Assembly: GCA_010093745.1 (NCBI GenBank)
Contig: MU005963.1
Span: 20,217 to 84,216, forward strand
Direction of reading: 5' to 3'
Source: Piedraia hortae CBS 480.64
Taxonomy: Eukaryota
DNA: 64,000 nucleotides
Under the pieces are notes generated by a model. The model ran no database searches and was not told the DNA's origin. It saw nothing but the letters and a program-made list of their open reading frames with translations. The translations under genes were made by a program, and so were the position numbers. This document shows positions 10,993 to 22,900 of this stretch, piece by piece. The first letter of the stretch is position 1. Each line of letters starts with the position of its first letter.

Positions 10993-11829
10993 TTAATCAC
11001 CCTCAGTTACCGCCATTTCCAGTACTTCTACTCGCGCCTTTCCTCTCATCTGCGCGCTCACAAACTCTGAGAGAGCCTTGAAGGCACCTGGTTCAACAAA
11101 TCCAACCACTTCCCACTCTTCTCCGCTCACGTCTTCGGACACCACCTGTTCCACCCAGTCCAGTATGATGTCCTTGATAGGCACCTTTCCGCTTTCTTCT
11201 TGGCCTTCCTTTGGAGACACAATCATCTTCTTGACTCCCGCCGCCGGCCCAACAACTCTTACTTTCATCCTCGCTCTAGCCACTGGGATCGGCTGATGTG
11301 CAATCAAAGCCTTCATGGCCTCCAGCGCCTGTAGTTTTGCGCTCTTTGTTGTCGTCACTCCCCTCCATTTCGGCCCATCTTCTTCCTTGGGATTGGCGGC
11401 TATCTGATCTAGTGCCTTCTCAACCATTCCACTAGTGTAGACTCGTTTTGTTTTGGGGTCAACCACGCGTGAAGACACAAATTCAATGACTTCCTTCTTG
11501 ATTCTTTCTAACTCAGCATCCCTTTCCTTTTCTCCCACTTGAATCTCCCCCTTTTTGAGTATTTCCAGCACAACGTCCTGTCTGCTCATGCCTGGAAACG
11601 CCTTTTTGAGCTCTTCATTGGGAGCTACTTGGCCTTTGGAGACATTGAGAAAGATATTGGGGATTTGAAGGACATTGTCGAGGTCTGTTTCTGCACCTGA
11701 GCGAAAGGAGGAGACGGTGTTCTTGTAGCATGCGATTTCGAATTTCTTCTTGCCACGCTTTATGCGCACTAAAGACACGTTGGTTAAGCGAATCTGGTTG
11801 GATGGCTGGTTTATTTGTGCTGAAGGCAT
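10993..11829 (-). CDS. SDO1: Ribosome maturation protein Sdo1/SBDS
   Basis: INQPSNQIRLTNVSLVR, FEIACYKN, DLDNVLQIPNIFLNVSKGQVA, KSAKLQALE. Conserved start is the ATG at 11829. Confidence 0.93.
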   Translation of the reverse strand: MPSAQINQPSNQIRLTNVSLVRIKRGKKKFEIACYKNTVSSFRSGAETDLDNVLQIPNIFLNVSKGQVAPNEELKKAFPGMSRQDVVLEILKKGEIQVGEKERDAELERIKKEVIEFVSSRVVDPKTKRVYTSGMVEKALDQIAANPKEEDGPKWRGVTTTKSAKLQALEAMKALIAHQPIPVARARMKVRVVGPAAGVKKMIVSPKEGQEESGKVPIKDIILDWVEQVVSEDVSGEEWEVVGFVEPGAFKALSEFVSAQMRGKARVEVLEMAVTEGD

Positions 11830-12008
11830 TGTTGCTGTGTCTGAGTCTGTTTCCGGTGTTGCTGTTCTGGTTTGTGGTGCATTGTGTCTACCTCGATATG
11901 ATGTCATTCCCAAAACGCTAGCCTCTTTCGGCAAGCTTTTTCCGCTTGGCACACCACCTATATATGCAGTGCCAGGCCCACACGAATGCCTGGCCAAAAG
12001 GTGATGCA

Positions 12009-13478
12009 TCAGAAAATCTCACTATCATCCAACGGATCCTTTCCCTCCTCCTGCTTCATGTTTCTAAAGGTATCATCCATCATTTGACTTCCATCCTCCC
12101 CGTTATTCACTTCGTAATCAACCCTCTCCGTGTAAGACTTCTCTTCACTCTTCCCCGCAAGTAACATATCCATCAACGAATCTTCCTCTTGATCCTGCAT
12201 TGTCGTTGCAGAAGCAGGCATGTGGCTTTGTCCCTCGAGCTGGTATACCCAAAATGCAGATTTACTAACGCAGAAGATGGCATTATCCACCCAGGCTAGG
12301 TTCGCAGTCACAGCTTCATCAGTCACATTCACCGTTCTTGGTGTCTCATGTGGGGCCTTTGCATTGTACAGATGCGCGACTCCCTCGCCACAGTCAATCA
12401 TCAGGAGTGCCGCAGCAGGATTTGGATGCCATGTCATCCTCTTTATAGCGGAATGCTGAATAATGACGCTCTGCATCGTCCTGGAGTCAACATCGAAGAT
12501 GAAGATGGAACTGGCCATTTCCGGTGGCCGAAAGGATAAATATGCTCCATCCGCGCTGAAGCCAACTACTCCGGTTTTGGCCACGGCTTCCAGTCGCGGC
12601 GGCATAAAAGGCTTTGAGACGCTTGCGTAACTCCTTTGACCCGAACTGGATATAGTCTCCTGGAAAACCTTTACGCCTTCGCTCTCAAGGCCATGTTCCG
12701 CATCGAAGACAGCCTCCACAGCGAATGTCCTTGTATTAAGCATTGCTACACCGTCACCTCCCTGCACGAGGACGATGAATCGCCAATCCGGCGCCCACAA
12801 GATCTCCTTCACGCCAATTGCATGTCGTTTCGAACCCTCGTCATTTGAAATTCCCTTATAGCGATGTCCATCGCCCGAGAAGATCTGCAGCGAAGTCTCG
12901 CAGTACTGCGGACACGTCACCGCGATCCATCGTCCACCGGGGCAGTAACTCAGTCCCTGCGGATCACCGCTAACCTTTCCCGTTGCAATACAATTTCCTT
13001 TCAAATCCCAAACGTTGAGCACATCATGCCTCAAGATCGCAGCCAATGTCTTTCCCTCCCTGAGAGCATACGACGTTGGCGTCTTCAAATCCCCTAGTTC
13101 AGTCCCTTTTCCCGTAATGAGATCCCAAATCATCGCCCTCCCAAATTCCCACACCGTGAGCAGACTCTCCTCTGCCACAAACTCCGCTGACCTGATGGCC
13201 CCCAACCGCCCACTCCCGTTATCCAGCCTTATCCTATGATGCGAATCATCAATGTCAATCACCTCAACCAAATTTCCGCCCACAATCGCCAGGAGCGTCG
13301 CCTCTGGTGACCACCTCAACGCTGAGACCTCCCGCAGGGGGAGTTTCGTTGTATATTCTGACGCCTCACACGTGGAGGAAGTCAGACACACCCTTACTCG
13401 ATGCGCAGCAGGAAGACACGCTACGAGACGTCCACAAGGAGACGGCGTCGCATGCGCGCCGTCGCAACGCGTCGCCAT
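12009..13478 (-). CDS. WD40-repeat protein, WRAP73/WDR8-like (spindle pole body)
   Basis: Beta-propeller repeats with GVKEILWAPD, FSADGAYL, VIIQHSAIKRMTWHP and an acidic C-terminal tail. Family assignment is from memory of WDR8 motifs. Confidence 0.7.
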   Translation of the reverse strand: MATRCDGAHATPSPCGRLVACLPAAHRVRVCLTSSTCEASEYTTKLPLREVSALRWSPEATLLAIVGGNLVEVIDIDDSHHRIRLDNGSGRLGAIRSAEFVAEESLLTVWEFGRAMIWDLITGKGTELGDLKTPTSYALREGKTLAAILRHDVLNVWDLKGNCIATGKVSGDPQGLSYCPGGRWIAVTCPQYCETSLQIFSGDGHRYKGISNDEGSKRHAIGVKEILWAPDWRFIVLVQGGDGVAMLNTRTFAVEAVFDAEHGLESEGVKVFQETISSSGQRSYASVSKPFMPPRLEAVAKTGVVGFSADGAYLSFRPPEMASSIFIFDVDSRTMQSVIIQHSAIKRMTWHPNPAAALLMIDCGEGVAHLYNAKAPHETPRTVNVTDEAVTANLAWVDNAIFCVSKSAFWVYQLEGQSHMPASATTMQDQEEDSLMDMLLAGKSEEKSYTERVDYEVNNGEDGSQMMDDTFRNMKQEEGKDPLDDSEIF

Positions 13479-13655
13479 GACATTTCCCTTCCAGAAACCT
13501 GGGGTAGTGGATCTGTCAAACCCTACGGAACGGGCCGTTGCATACAGATCTTATCAGCAGCAGATCTTCATCAAACATTCTAGAAGATTTCCACCAGATT
13601 CACCTCCAACAACACCACTTCCCCCCCCACCCCCCTCCCGCTAAGACTACCCAAC

Positions 13656-14159
13656 ATGCCCGAAGCCTCCGTTCTATTCATCTGCCTAGGCAACATCTGC
13701 CGCAGCACCATGGCTGAGGCCCTCTTACGACACCACCTCTCCCGCCACTCCTCCAACCCATCAATCATCACAAAAGTCGACTCCTGCGGCACCGGAGCCT
13801 ACCATACCAACGCCTCCCCCGACCCCCGAACTCTCTCCACCCTCCGTCGCCACGGAATCACTAATTACTCCCATGCTGCGCGCAAACTTGTCAAGCCTGA
13901 TTTCGAGGACTTTGATGTCCTCTTTTGTATGGATACGGACAATTATGAGGATGCGCTTTCGATGGGGAGGAGGTGGGGAGTTGGCGGGAATGCGTTGAAG
14001 AAGGTTGTGAGGGTAGGTGAGGTTGAGGGAAAGGGGAGGGATGTGCAGGATCCGTATTATGGTGGGGATGATGGGTTTGAGAAGGTTTATGAACAGTTGA
14101 GTGGGGTGATGGGGGATTTGGTTGATTTCGTGGAGGGGAGGGTGGGGGGGAAGGAGTGA
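13656..14159 (+). CDS. LTP1: Low-molecular-weight protein tyrosine phosphatase
   Basis: P-loop CLGNICRS, DSCGTGAYH and DPYYGG. Confidence 0.93.
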   Translation: MPEASVLFICLGNICRSTMAEALLRHHLSRHSSNPSIITKVDSCGTGAYHTNASPDPRTLSTLRRHGITNYSHAARKLVKPDFEDFDVLFCMDTDNYEDALSMGRRWGVGGNALKKVVRVGEVEGKGRDVQDPYYGGDDGFEKVYEQLSGVMGDLVDFVEGRVGGKE

Positions 14160-14543
14160 GTTGGTGTTGAGGGAGATTGACAAAAAATGGAGGAATGATG
14201 ATGTTGAGATGTATTGCCGGCATGGCTATGTGATCATGCCAGAGATCTGCCTGACTGGTGCTGCGTGGTTCGCTCGGTAGTGTGGTTAATTCCGTCCCAG
14301 CGAAGGTGCCATTTTACCTTTCTCTTAATAATTGACATTAGCGCAATCAGCGTGATTATAATGAAGGTGGGTATCCATCTCCTGACTTCTGCCTCGCTAG
14401 GATTCCATTCCCTCTCTTTTTGTCTCACCACTAGCGTCGGTTTGTATGTTTACAGCCCTCCTGCCTCCTATAAATCCACCCATCCGTGAAAGCCAGTCTT
14501 TGGCCGTAACGCCCGATTATCGCGCATATGATCAGCTCATCAA

Positions 14544-15065
14544 TCAGAAAAGCTTCGCGAGGCGATTGCCAACCTCCTCGCAACACATTCGACGTTCTGT
14601 GATTTCAGAAGGCCGCCCATTTGTGAATCTGGAGGCTATCAAATCCTCCCCCGGGGGAAAGTCCATTCCTATGCTGTTTCCTCGGAATGAGCTTTGGTAC
14701 AATGTGTCTTCGGTTGGTATGGCCAGAACTTTCCACCCGCCACACAGGATCCAACCCATGTCTTCGCCATCGTCCAGATATCAGGCCGATGAGGTTTGCC
14801 CAAGATTGCTAGGAGAGCGTTTAGGATACCGTGCTTTGACATGTTGTGGTCTTGGGATCAGGCCGTTAGTGATGGCGCCGCAGTGAAGAATCTCGCCGAA
14901 AACATTGACGAAAATGGCTGTCACCTTGGGACCGGACGTAAGAAGGTCAAAAGCTGTCTTGATAACCTCACCTGCTGGGTCTCTGCCAAGGTAAAGGTAA
15001 TTTGCGTAGGAGTAATGACCGAAGGCGGGTGCCAATCTGGCTCGCGGTGTAGAGAGGCCGAACAC
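14544..15065 (-). pseudogene. Possible decayed coding relic of unknown family
   Basis: Two ORFs (14781-15065 and 14544-14759) lie in the same frame separated by one stop and give about 170 protein-like codons. No motif recognised. Confidence 0.25.
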
Positions 15066-17863
15066 ATCTACGTGTTCAGTACCTCAGGAAGATGTCTCAC
15101 TGCAACTGGGCCTGTTTGATCATGCAACTTTTGATCTTCGCTGGCTGAGGCTCCGGCTTAGGGGCTCCATCGGCCCTCAGCACAGGGGAAACGTCCTCTT
15201 TAGAAGTGAGTCGTCTGCAGAGGCGACCTGACTGTATGCTGCGTGAGATGGTTTGCCGTCTCACAGACTGTGCACAAAAGCTTGAATCGTGCGCTGCGGA
15301 TACAGCATTTGACAGAAGTAGGCCCTTGGGCGGTTGGGCACTACTTCATCGTCGTCGATTCGTCTCGATAGCTCCATCATTTGGGCAAATTGGCCATCCG
15401 GTCAATAAACTTGTATTCGCTGATTTCCTTGATCTTTTTGCATTCACTGTACCTTTTCGTGGACAATAACGAAGAGGTGATGTTGAAGTGGGTCCATCAC
15501 ATATAGGGAAGGTGCCACCCACCAGTTTGAACCATATTGTGTCCGGGTAGTAGCTGGATACCACCTCTCGGGACTTCGGAAGAGAAACTCAGTCGAGTGA
15601 TTTCAGCAAATTAAAGAGTACTGCCAGAAGTTTGCCGCTTGCGGCCTTCCAGCATGTTGCCCCGTTGTTGCCTCAATCCCGGCCGGGGTTGCCACGTTTC
15701 GGTCATCCTCAGAGAACACACTCTCCCCGAGTCTAACAAATCCTCAACGACTGATGTGACGCGGGCTGGTATTTGGATGCATGTGTACTCCGTGCACATG
15801 CGTGTTAGGCATGCATTGCATGCCCAGATGCCTTTGTGATAGCTTTTATTTTCTGCTATTGTTTGGCCTGGCCTTAGACAAGATCGGTCTAGATATAGGT
15901 GTTGTCCTCCTACTGGAGTACATCGACGGAGATCTAATCTCGTCAAATCCGTTCCACTGACCAATCGAACTTCGTTCGTCCGCATGCTTCGAGAAAAGAA
16001 GCACGAGTCTTGGCTTAAAAGGGGAGGATCTATCAGGATGAGAAAAGTATTTAAGTCTTTTGATTATAGTGAATGATGGATTGGTCCATGGTATGTATAA
16101 TTTTGTTAGTGTCTATGGGAAAGAGGACGTAGGGCGGACTTGTGTGTCAAGACTATCCCACATCTCGGTGCGGTCCGGATCTTGTTTGTTGGAGCCACGC
16201 CGTGTGACGTAACCTCATATCAAACCACTGTTGAAGTGAAAATGCTGGGAATCCAACGCTTCATCAACTCGTATGCCCGCGTTCTGTGGATGGTCGACAC
16301 CTTCAAGGCGAATTTCATTTTGGGGTGCGCCGTGGCTCGGACACTGAAAGTCACACCCTGCGAGAAGATACACCCAAGGTTACCTTTGAGAGTTCTCAGT
16401 TGCGCATGTCCTCGCAGGAATAAATGTTTTACGTCACACCCACCGAGAATTTGTCCGCACGCCACGAAGTTCAACTACAGGCATGCAAGGCCATTCTCAG
16501 ATGTTGTGGCAAGCTTAGGGCCATTCAATACGTGGTCCAGATAATTATACCGATGTTCAGCTTTGTGCGGCTAGTGGGGAAGTCGACGACTTCGGTGAGT
16601 ATGGTGCTTATCAACCTGCGTCAAAGGAAGAGGGAATGGAGGGAGCCTTTTGCGAGTCAACTAGCGTGCTAAGATACAAATTCCTTGCTAAGGGTGCGTT
16701 TGATTGGCCTCTTTAAACTTCTTTAAAGCGCTTCAAAATTGAAAATGCATGCAATTTTGGAAGAAATTTAAAGCGGCACGTTCGGTCCGTCACCTCTTTA
16801 AATTCGCCATTGTAATGCGTTTTGGGATTTTGCTTTTCAATCACTCATCTCCATCCCCGAGATCCATCAATCGAATGCAGAGGGAGTCGCGGTATCCCCT
16901 GGTCAGCAAGATCTAAATATCGAGAAGTAAGATTATCACGCCAATCAGGCACAGGTTAGGCCCCAGCAGATGAAAGTCCAAGAGAGCAATTGCCCTTAGC
17001 ACATGATGCGGGGCCCTTAAGCGGTGAGAGAGAGGCTCAGGCTTTCCGAGATTTATCGTAACACCACACATCAGGATAGTGTATTGGGGTCTTTGCAGGA
17101 ATCTACCGAGCTCGAACAATGCAAAGGCTTCCTAGCCTTGATAGAAGGAACCCATCCACGAGTGGTCGTACCCTCGACGAGGTTGAGGTATTTCCAAGGT
17201 CCAGTCGTTGGGTCTAAGGCCAATATTGCATCGACAAGCGGACAGGTGCACATGTGCTTCGTCGCAAAGTCCACGATTGGTTATCCTAGATAGTACCAAA
17301 TGAGCGCAGCAAACATGACTCCCAGGACCTGCATGATAAACAGTCTTGCTAGGGTAACGTGAAGTACTAGCGGCGCGCGACGAAATTCAGAGCGGCAGTT
17401 GCGATATTGCTGGTTGCAAGAATCCATTTTGATAAACAGTAGCACTGACCGAAAAGACACTCCTCATGTGCGTACTTCTACTCGCCCGTGCAAGTGCGCG
17501 GGCGAACGAGTCTGTTCCCGGTACTTAGCAGGTACGCGTAGAAACGCCGCAAACCATCAAATCCAAGGTTTTCCTGGCAAAAAGGACATCAGTAGACTAT
17601 CGGGCCCTCTCTGATCGGTCTCGAATTGGTCAAGGGGAAATTATAACTGTCCATTGAATGAGTGTAGCGTCGGTGCGACATGATGCGATGTAGTGTTATT
17701 CAACGCATGTGTCTCATTGTTTCTGCCTGTGTGTACTGGAGTATTCGCGTTCATCTTTGAAAGCTGTCTGGGTTCGTTACGGACGTCTAAAAAACTGGAA
17801 ATCCGTGTTCACGTAGATACTGTGATCGGAGGGTGGCTTTATGTACAGGGTGGTGTATAACAC

Positions 17864-18045
17864 GGTGTCTGGATCGTGGGAACTAGGGAGTACTTATGGG
17901 AATTGGAGGCCCGCCGACGGGGGCTCAGCCCTCCTTCGGGGCCTGAGCAGAGTCATTGTGGACAATAATACTCGTACCACCGAAGTGTCCGTCTAGTCAT
18001 GTCTTTGTGTCAGATTCCTTTTTACACCTTGGGTAGACAATGACA
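17864..18045 (-). repeat. LTR-like fragment, family A, copy 1
   Basis: Starts TGTCA on the minus strand and aligns with one gap to 18208-18390 (125/183 matches by hand count). Confidence 0.6.
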
Positions 18046-18207
18046 CGACAGTTCCGTGACACCAGTCAATAGGTGTACATATACTGAGTCACAAATGTAA
18101 TATTGTGAAGGGTAAGAGCCTCTCCCACGAACCCTAGACCTGTCTTCCACTACGCCAGGACCAAGCTGGCGAATGCACTCCCTATGACTTATCCCATGGC
18201 GCAATCT

Positions 18208-18390
18208 TGTCAGCTGTCAACCCAAATTGCGGAAAAGACTCAGGTACAAGAACATGACTCCACAGACACTCCGATGCTACGGGTGTCATGACCTGTCATG
18301 ACTATGCGCAGCCACTGAGCCAGGCCCAAGACCCCGCCGTCCAGTCACCGATTACTATAAGTCCTCCTCAATTCCCACATTCCAGACACC
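18208..18390 (+). repeat. LTR-like fragment, family A, copy 2
   Basis: Starts TGTCA, contains TATAA, is an inverted homolog of 17864-18045 and nearly abuts the family B LTR. Confidence 0.6.
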
Positions 18391-18394
18391 ACGT

Positions 18395-18755
18395 TGTAGC
18401 GATAGTACTCTCGTGGATGTGAGTGCGCAGCGGCCAGAACTAGGAGGACGTAGCGATAGACTAAGATCAACGACAGGAACAGGACAGATGCAGATGGATA
18501 GGAGTCAATACCAGTGTCGATATGACAGTGTGAAATGACTATCTATCTAAGATGAGGGGATGTTCAGAATAAAAATTCTGTACCGGCGGGCCGGTGCCGT
18601 CACGTCGTACACTAGCAGGGCGCATTCATCACGTCATATATGACATGACCCTGAGGGAAACCTCTGTGAGGACAAAACCTAGGGTGCAGCTGCTGGTGTA
18701 AGAGGTGTCGCGCAGTGGCATTATACACTGATAGCAACGAGACTTCATGCCAACA
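18395..18755 (+). mobile_element. Solo LTR, family B, full-length copy (361 bp)
   Basis: TGT...ACA termini. The left boundary is set by homology with 52988 and the right by homology with 56583. Internal AATAAA. No target-site duplication seen. Confidence 0.75.
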
Positions 18756-19900
18756 CAGAATATTTGCCACTTGGACCGAACTCAAAGACTTGCGCTTGGG
18801 AGTGGATTTGTCTAACATACGCATCAACTGAATGGTGGAGCTAGAAAAGCAATGTGAAAAGCTCGAGGCATGCATGCTCCCTGGAACTGTTGAATTGCGC
18901 ATGCTTCCAATGACCCCGACACACGAATTGTCGCCCGGTCAGACCTGCCCGCTTTTCCCTTGTCTGACGTTTTTCGACGTTGCAAGATTTTTTCCTCGCT
19001 AAATATTGCAAGCGTAAGTTCGGAATGTGACTTTTGATAAGACACCATGCTGATTTCTATATCCAGCTCACAGTGGGATCGAGTAGCTGCAGTAAGGCAC
19101 GTCCATAAGTTGCTTCAATTTATGCACCTATGTTGCTCACAATCCTGTCTCATGTAAAACATCCTGCAGCTGCCTTGCGCAGGGAGATCGTGCAAAAGTA
19201 CCCTCTTCTGCTATTGAAGTCGAAGTATGATCTATACCGGCTGTTATTATAAGCAGCGGCACCTCGCAGGTGTGTCCGTATACACGCGTGTGCATGGTGC
19301 AACTTGTTGAATTCAAGCATCGCCGCTACACTGCAAACCCCGTATCATATCATGTGATGTAAATTACCAGGGTAATATCATATGGCTGTTGATGTATTGA
19401 TATAATATCATACCTTCTACCTCAACCAAATCGTCTGTCCCCAAACACCCAGAAAGTTTAAAAAAACAGTATCGAGTCCTTCCCGAATCCCCACCGTCGC
19501 CAACTGATCAATACAATATAGTTACTTAATTTCTCTCCCTTCCGTCATTAACAAAAGACAACATCAATCCATAAATCAAACCCTACTAACCCACTGATCA
19601 ACCCAACCTCCAAAGAAATGCTCCTCCTCCTTTGAATATCAATCATCCAGGATAATGATTAAAGCCACACGAAATGTTTCCTTCACCAACGAGACTCATG
19701 TATTACCTTCGGTTTCTCTACGCATGTAACCCTCCTTCCCACTCTAAACATATCCTCCACTAGAAATCAATCGTGAACTAGCAAGACACCAGCGATGTAG
19801 AACAACAACAACATCGGAAGTAAATCTCATGTCGGTATATCCCCCCCTTGTTCGGGTTTTCCAACGCAATGAAAAAGTTTTCGTACAGTTGTGTTCTACC

Positions 19901-22900
19901 CTAATCATAAATCTCCAACGGCGCCAACTGATCAATGTTGTACAACCAGTTACTTCCTCTTTCTTCTTTTTCGAGCCTGTATACTTGTTAGCCAATCCGA
20001 ACTCAAAACAAACGAGCGAAAGTGAGCAGAGGGTGAGCGAGCGAAAAGCGAGCCAGGGGGCGGGCGTGTGAAAAAGCGAAGAGCGAGCTAGGCGGGATCG
20101 CTCGCTGTCTCGCTTTCTTCCTTGCCCCCACCCGCCCTTTCCCCCACCCCCAAAGGAAGAAAGAGAACATACCAATCATAAGGCCACACCACCAAATGCC
20201 CTTGCACAAGTTTCAACAACCCCTCCGCCTCCTCCTTCCCCAAAATCTCCTCCGCAGGATTAAACGTCGGACGGGAAGACTTTGTCGTCGCTCTTCGTCT
20301 CCGTCTTTGACTCGTCGAGGGCTGTAGTGTACTCCCTTCACTATTGCCCTCCGTAGGATCTGACGGCCTCTCCTTCCCATCCTTCAGGTCGACGAAACTG
20401 ATTTTGCGGTCTGTGGAGCGGGTTGGGTCAAGGTGCAGCTTCTCCTCCTGTGGTTTCTCCGAGAGGTAGGAGAGTTCGATATCGCCGTTGTGGGTTGGTT
20501 TTTCAGCAAGGGTTGGCATTGGTGGGTGGGTGGGTTCTTTATATTCTTTGCTCTTTACATGTTCGAGTTCCTTGCTCGAAACGATACTAGCCGCTTCGTT
20601 AACTGTTGCTACGGACCCGGGGGGGCCGCTTTTGGCAGGCGCATCGCGTGGGACGGCGGGTTTAGAGTTCCCTAGTCCTTGGCTGTGCATGAATGCTTCG
20701 TTGAGGGCGTTGAACTCGGCATAGGCTTTCCAGTCACGAACTTCAGAGTCGGGCATGATGTGGAAGACTTGGCGGTAAATTTTGGTGTTGTTCTCTGCGA
20801 CGGCGTGCCAAATGTCTTGGTAGAAACCTGGGGCGAGGGGGTCGGTCATGCAATCTTCGTGGACTTCGGGACGGCGGATGGAGGCGAGGAGGGGGTTGGT
20901 TACTTTCGTGGAGGTGTTGGATACGCCGCGGGTTAAGGGGGGACCACCAATGTCAGTATCGTCGAGATCAGGGAGGTCAGGGAGTTGGGAGCGGTTGACA
21001 AGGCCGAGTTGGAAGGTATCGCTGCGTGTTGTGGGCCAAGGAGGTCGTGGAGGGAGTTCGGCTTGTCGCTCGACGCTTTCTTCTCGAATTTGTTCAATCA
21101 TTCCCTTTTCGAGCTTCTTGATTCGTTCAAAGTCGGGGGCATCCTTCTTAAGTAATGTTTCCCTTCCGCGTCGGTCAACGTAGGAATCGGTAAACCCTTT
21201 GTCGCCGGCCTCGGCCAGTGCTTTCATGTTGTCTACTCCGTAACCCTCGACATCATGCTCGCGATCTTTTTCCCCGCCTGTAGCAACTGGGGCGAGATCA
21301 GGGGAGCTGCTATTTGCTGAAGTAGACGCCTGCACGGGCTGTTTCTCTCCTACGGCAAGATGGCTCTGCTGGATAGGAAAATCTGGGCTTTGATGAGGCG
21401 AGGAAAAGTAATCATTAGCCTCTGAGCGGTAGATGCGAGCCATTTCACGATCTTGCATCTCCCGTTCCTTTTCCTGCCTTGCCTGTTCAAGTCTATAAAG
21501 AGTATCCACGTCGATGCCCAGATGCTCCCTCATGAGCCGCTTGCGAAGGGTGTGTGGGAACTCCCCAACGTCATATGGCTTACCAGCCATGAAAGATGGA
21601 ATCATCTGGGTGTCTGTAATGACAGTAGCGACTTCAGAGTCTCTATTCCCCAGCAAGGACCGCTCATTGATATTAGCCGACCCAATGATAGCATGACGAT
21701 CATCAACAATCATGCACTTGGCGTGAATGTACAACTGCTCCGTCGTAAGACTCTTTCTCGGCCCAATCTTGCCCCATTGCCGTAGTGAAAAGAAGCGAAT
21801 GTAGTCTTCCGGCTCTATGCCCCTGGTACGTAATCGACCAAAGATGCTCGTCTCACCACGACAAATTGACCGATATTGACACTGCATGATCAGCCGGATA
21901 CTGGTCCCGTCCTGACTGTCGACCTCGTTCTGGAAACCGGGCATGAGCGGAATGATGATACACGCCTGCCAGTCATCGCCATTCTCATATGCCTGGATAG
22001 CCCGTTCCACCAACGCATCGCCAATAGTATTATGAATCGTACTCCCTTCGACAGTGCAGGACGAGATAAAAAACTGATTCTCAATATAGACGTAGTGGTC
22101 ACTTGTGCGGATCAAATGAACGTAGGCATTCATGATGCTGTGCTCAGTCTTGTTCGGAGTGCCGATACTCCAAGCAGCAGCACTACGAAGGACCTGAATT
22201 TGGCAGGTGCCCGTCATCCCGAGCCTTTTCAACTCTGCAGGATCATACTCTGGCGGCGGGATCAGGACGGGCGTTGGTCGAGAAGGGACACGAGATCGCA
22301 GAATGTAATTCCAGCGTTGGACAAAGTGTCTGCCTACATCTCTAGCGGGCTGTCCAATCATCTGCATTGCAATGTCATGCCACGGCATGCGAGGGACCTT
22401 TGTGCGGTCGTACATTTCTTCATACGGCCGATCCAGAGCATAAAAGTCTTGCACACGGGGGTTGCTGTAGTCTTTGCCGGGCCACACCTGGCAGTGTTCG
22501 CTGTCCCGGGGAACATCCAAGTTCAGCTCGAAGCCCGTCAACTTGTCATCTGTCAGACTGTGGCCAGGGTCGTCCCATCGACCAAAGCAAAGGTCAACGC
22601 CGCCCACAAAGGCCATCATATTATCGACCACGACCAATTTCTCATGATGAGCCCAGAAGAACTGGTTCTGTCGGAACTGATTTGGACTTCTCTGCACACA
22701 GATGTTCTCGTGCAGGTCGAGCAGACTCCATTTGGTATACTCTGAGTCAATGGGAATGGCAGATTCAATGTTGCGATAGACAATAACAAAGATCTTGACG
22801 CCTTCCTGGGCTTTCCTCTGCAGCAGTCGGTCCAACCGCCACGTTTGGCTAATGGCAGCTGGACGACGGAGGTAAAGCTCTGGACTCAGCCACCAATCGT

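Noticed and set aside
9744..11000. 418-aa antisense ORF covering SCS7
   Set aside because: Codon-register shadow of a conserved gene with biased codon usage; no motifs.
14195..14254. ATGATGA...CTGA resembling a C/D box snoRNA
   Set aside because: Short, in the LTP1 3' region, no terminal stem, and no guide I can match to rRNA.
16709..16805. AT-rich patch with four TTTAAA motifs and an imperfect inverted repeat
   Set aside because: No partner terminus or target duplication; explicable by low complexity.
20088..20172. PLD C-terminus given by the ORF track
   Set aside because: Read-through into the intron; the spliced exon 19901-19976 supplies the conserved end.
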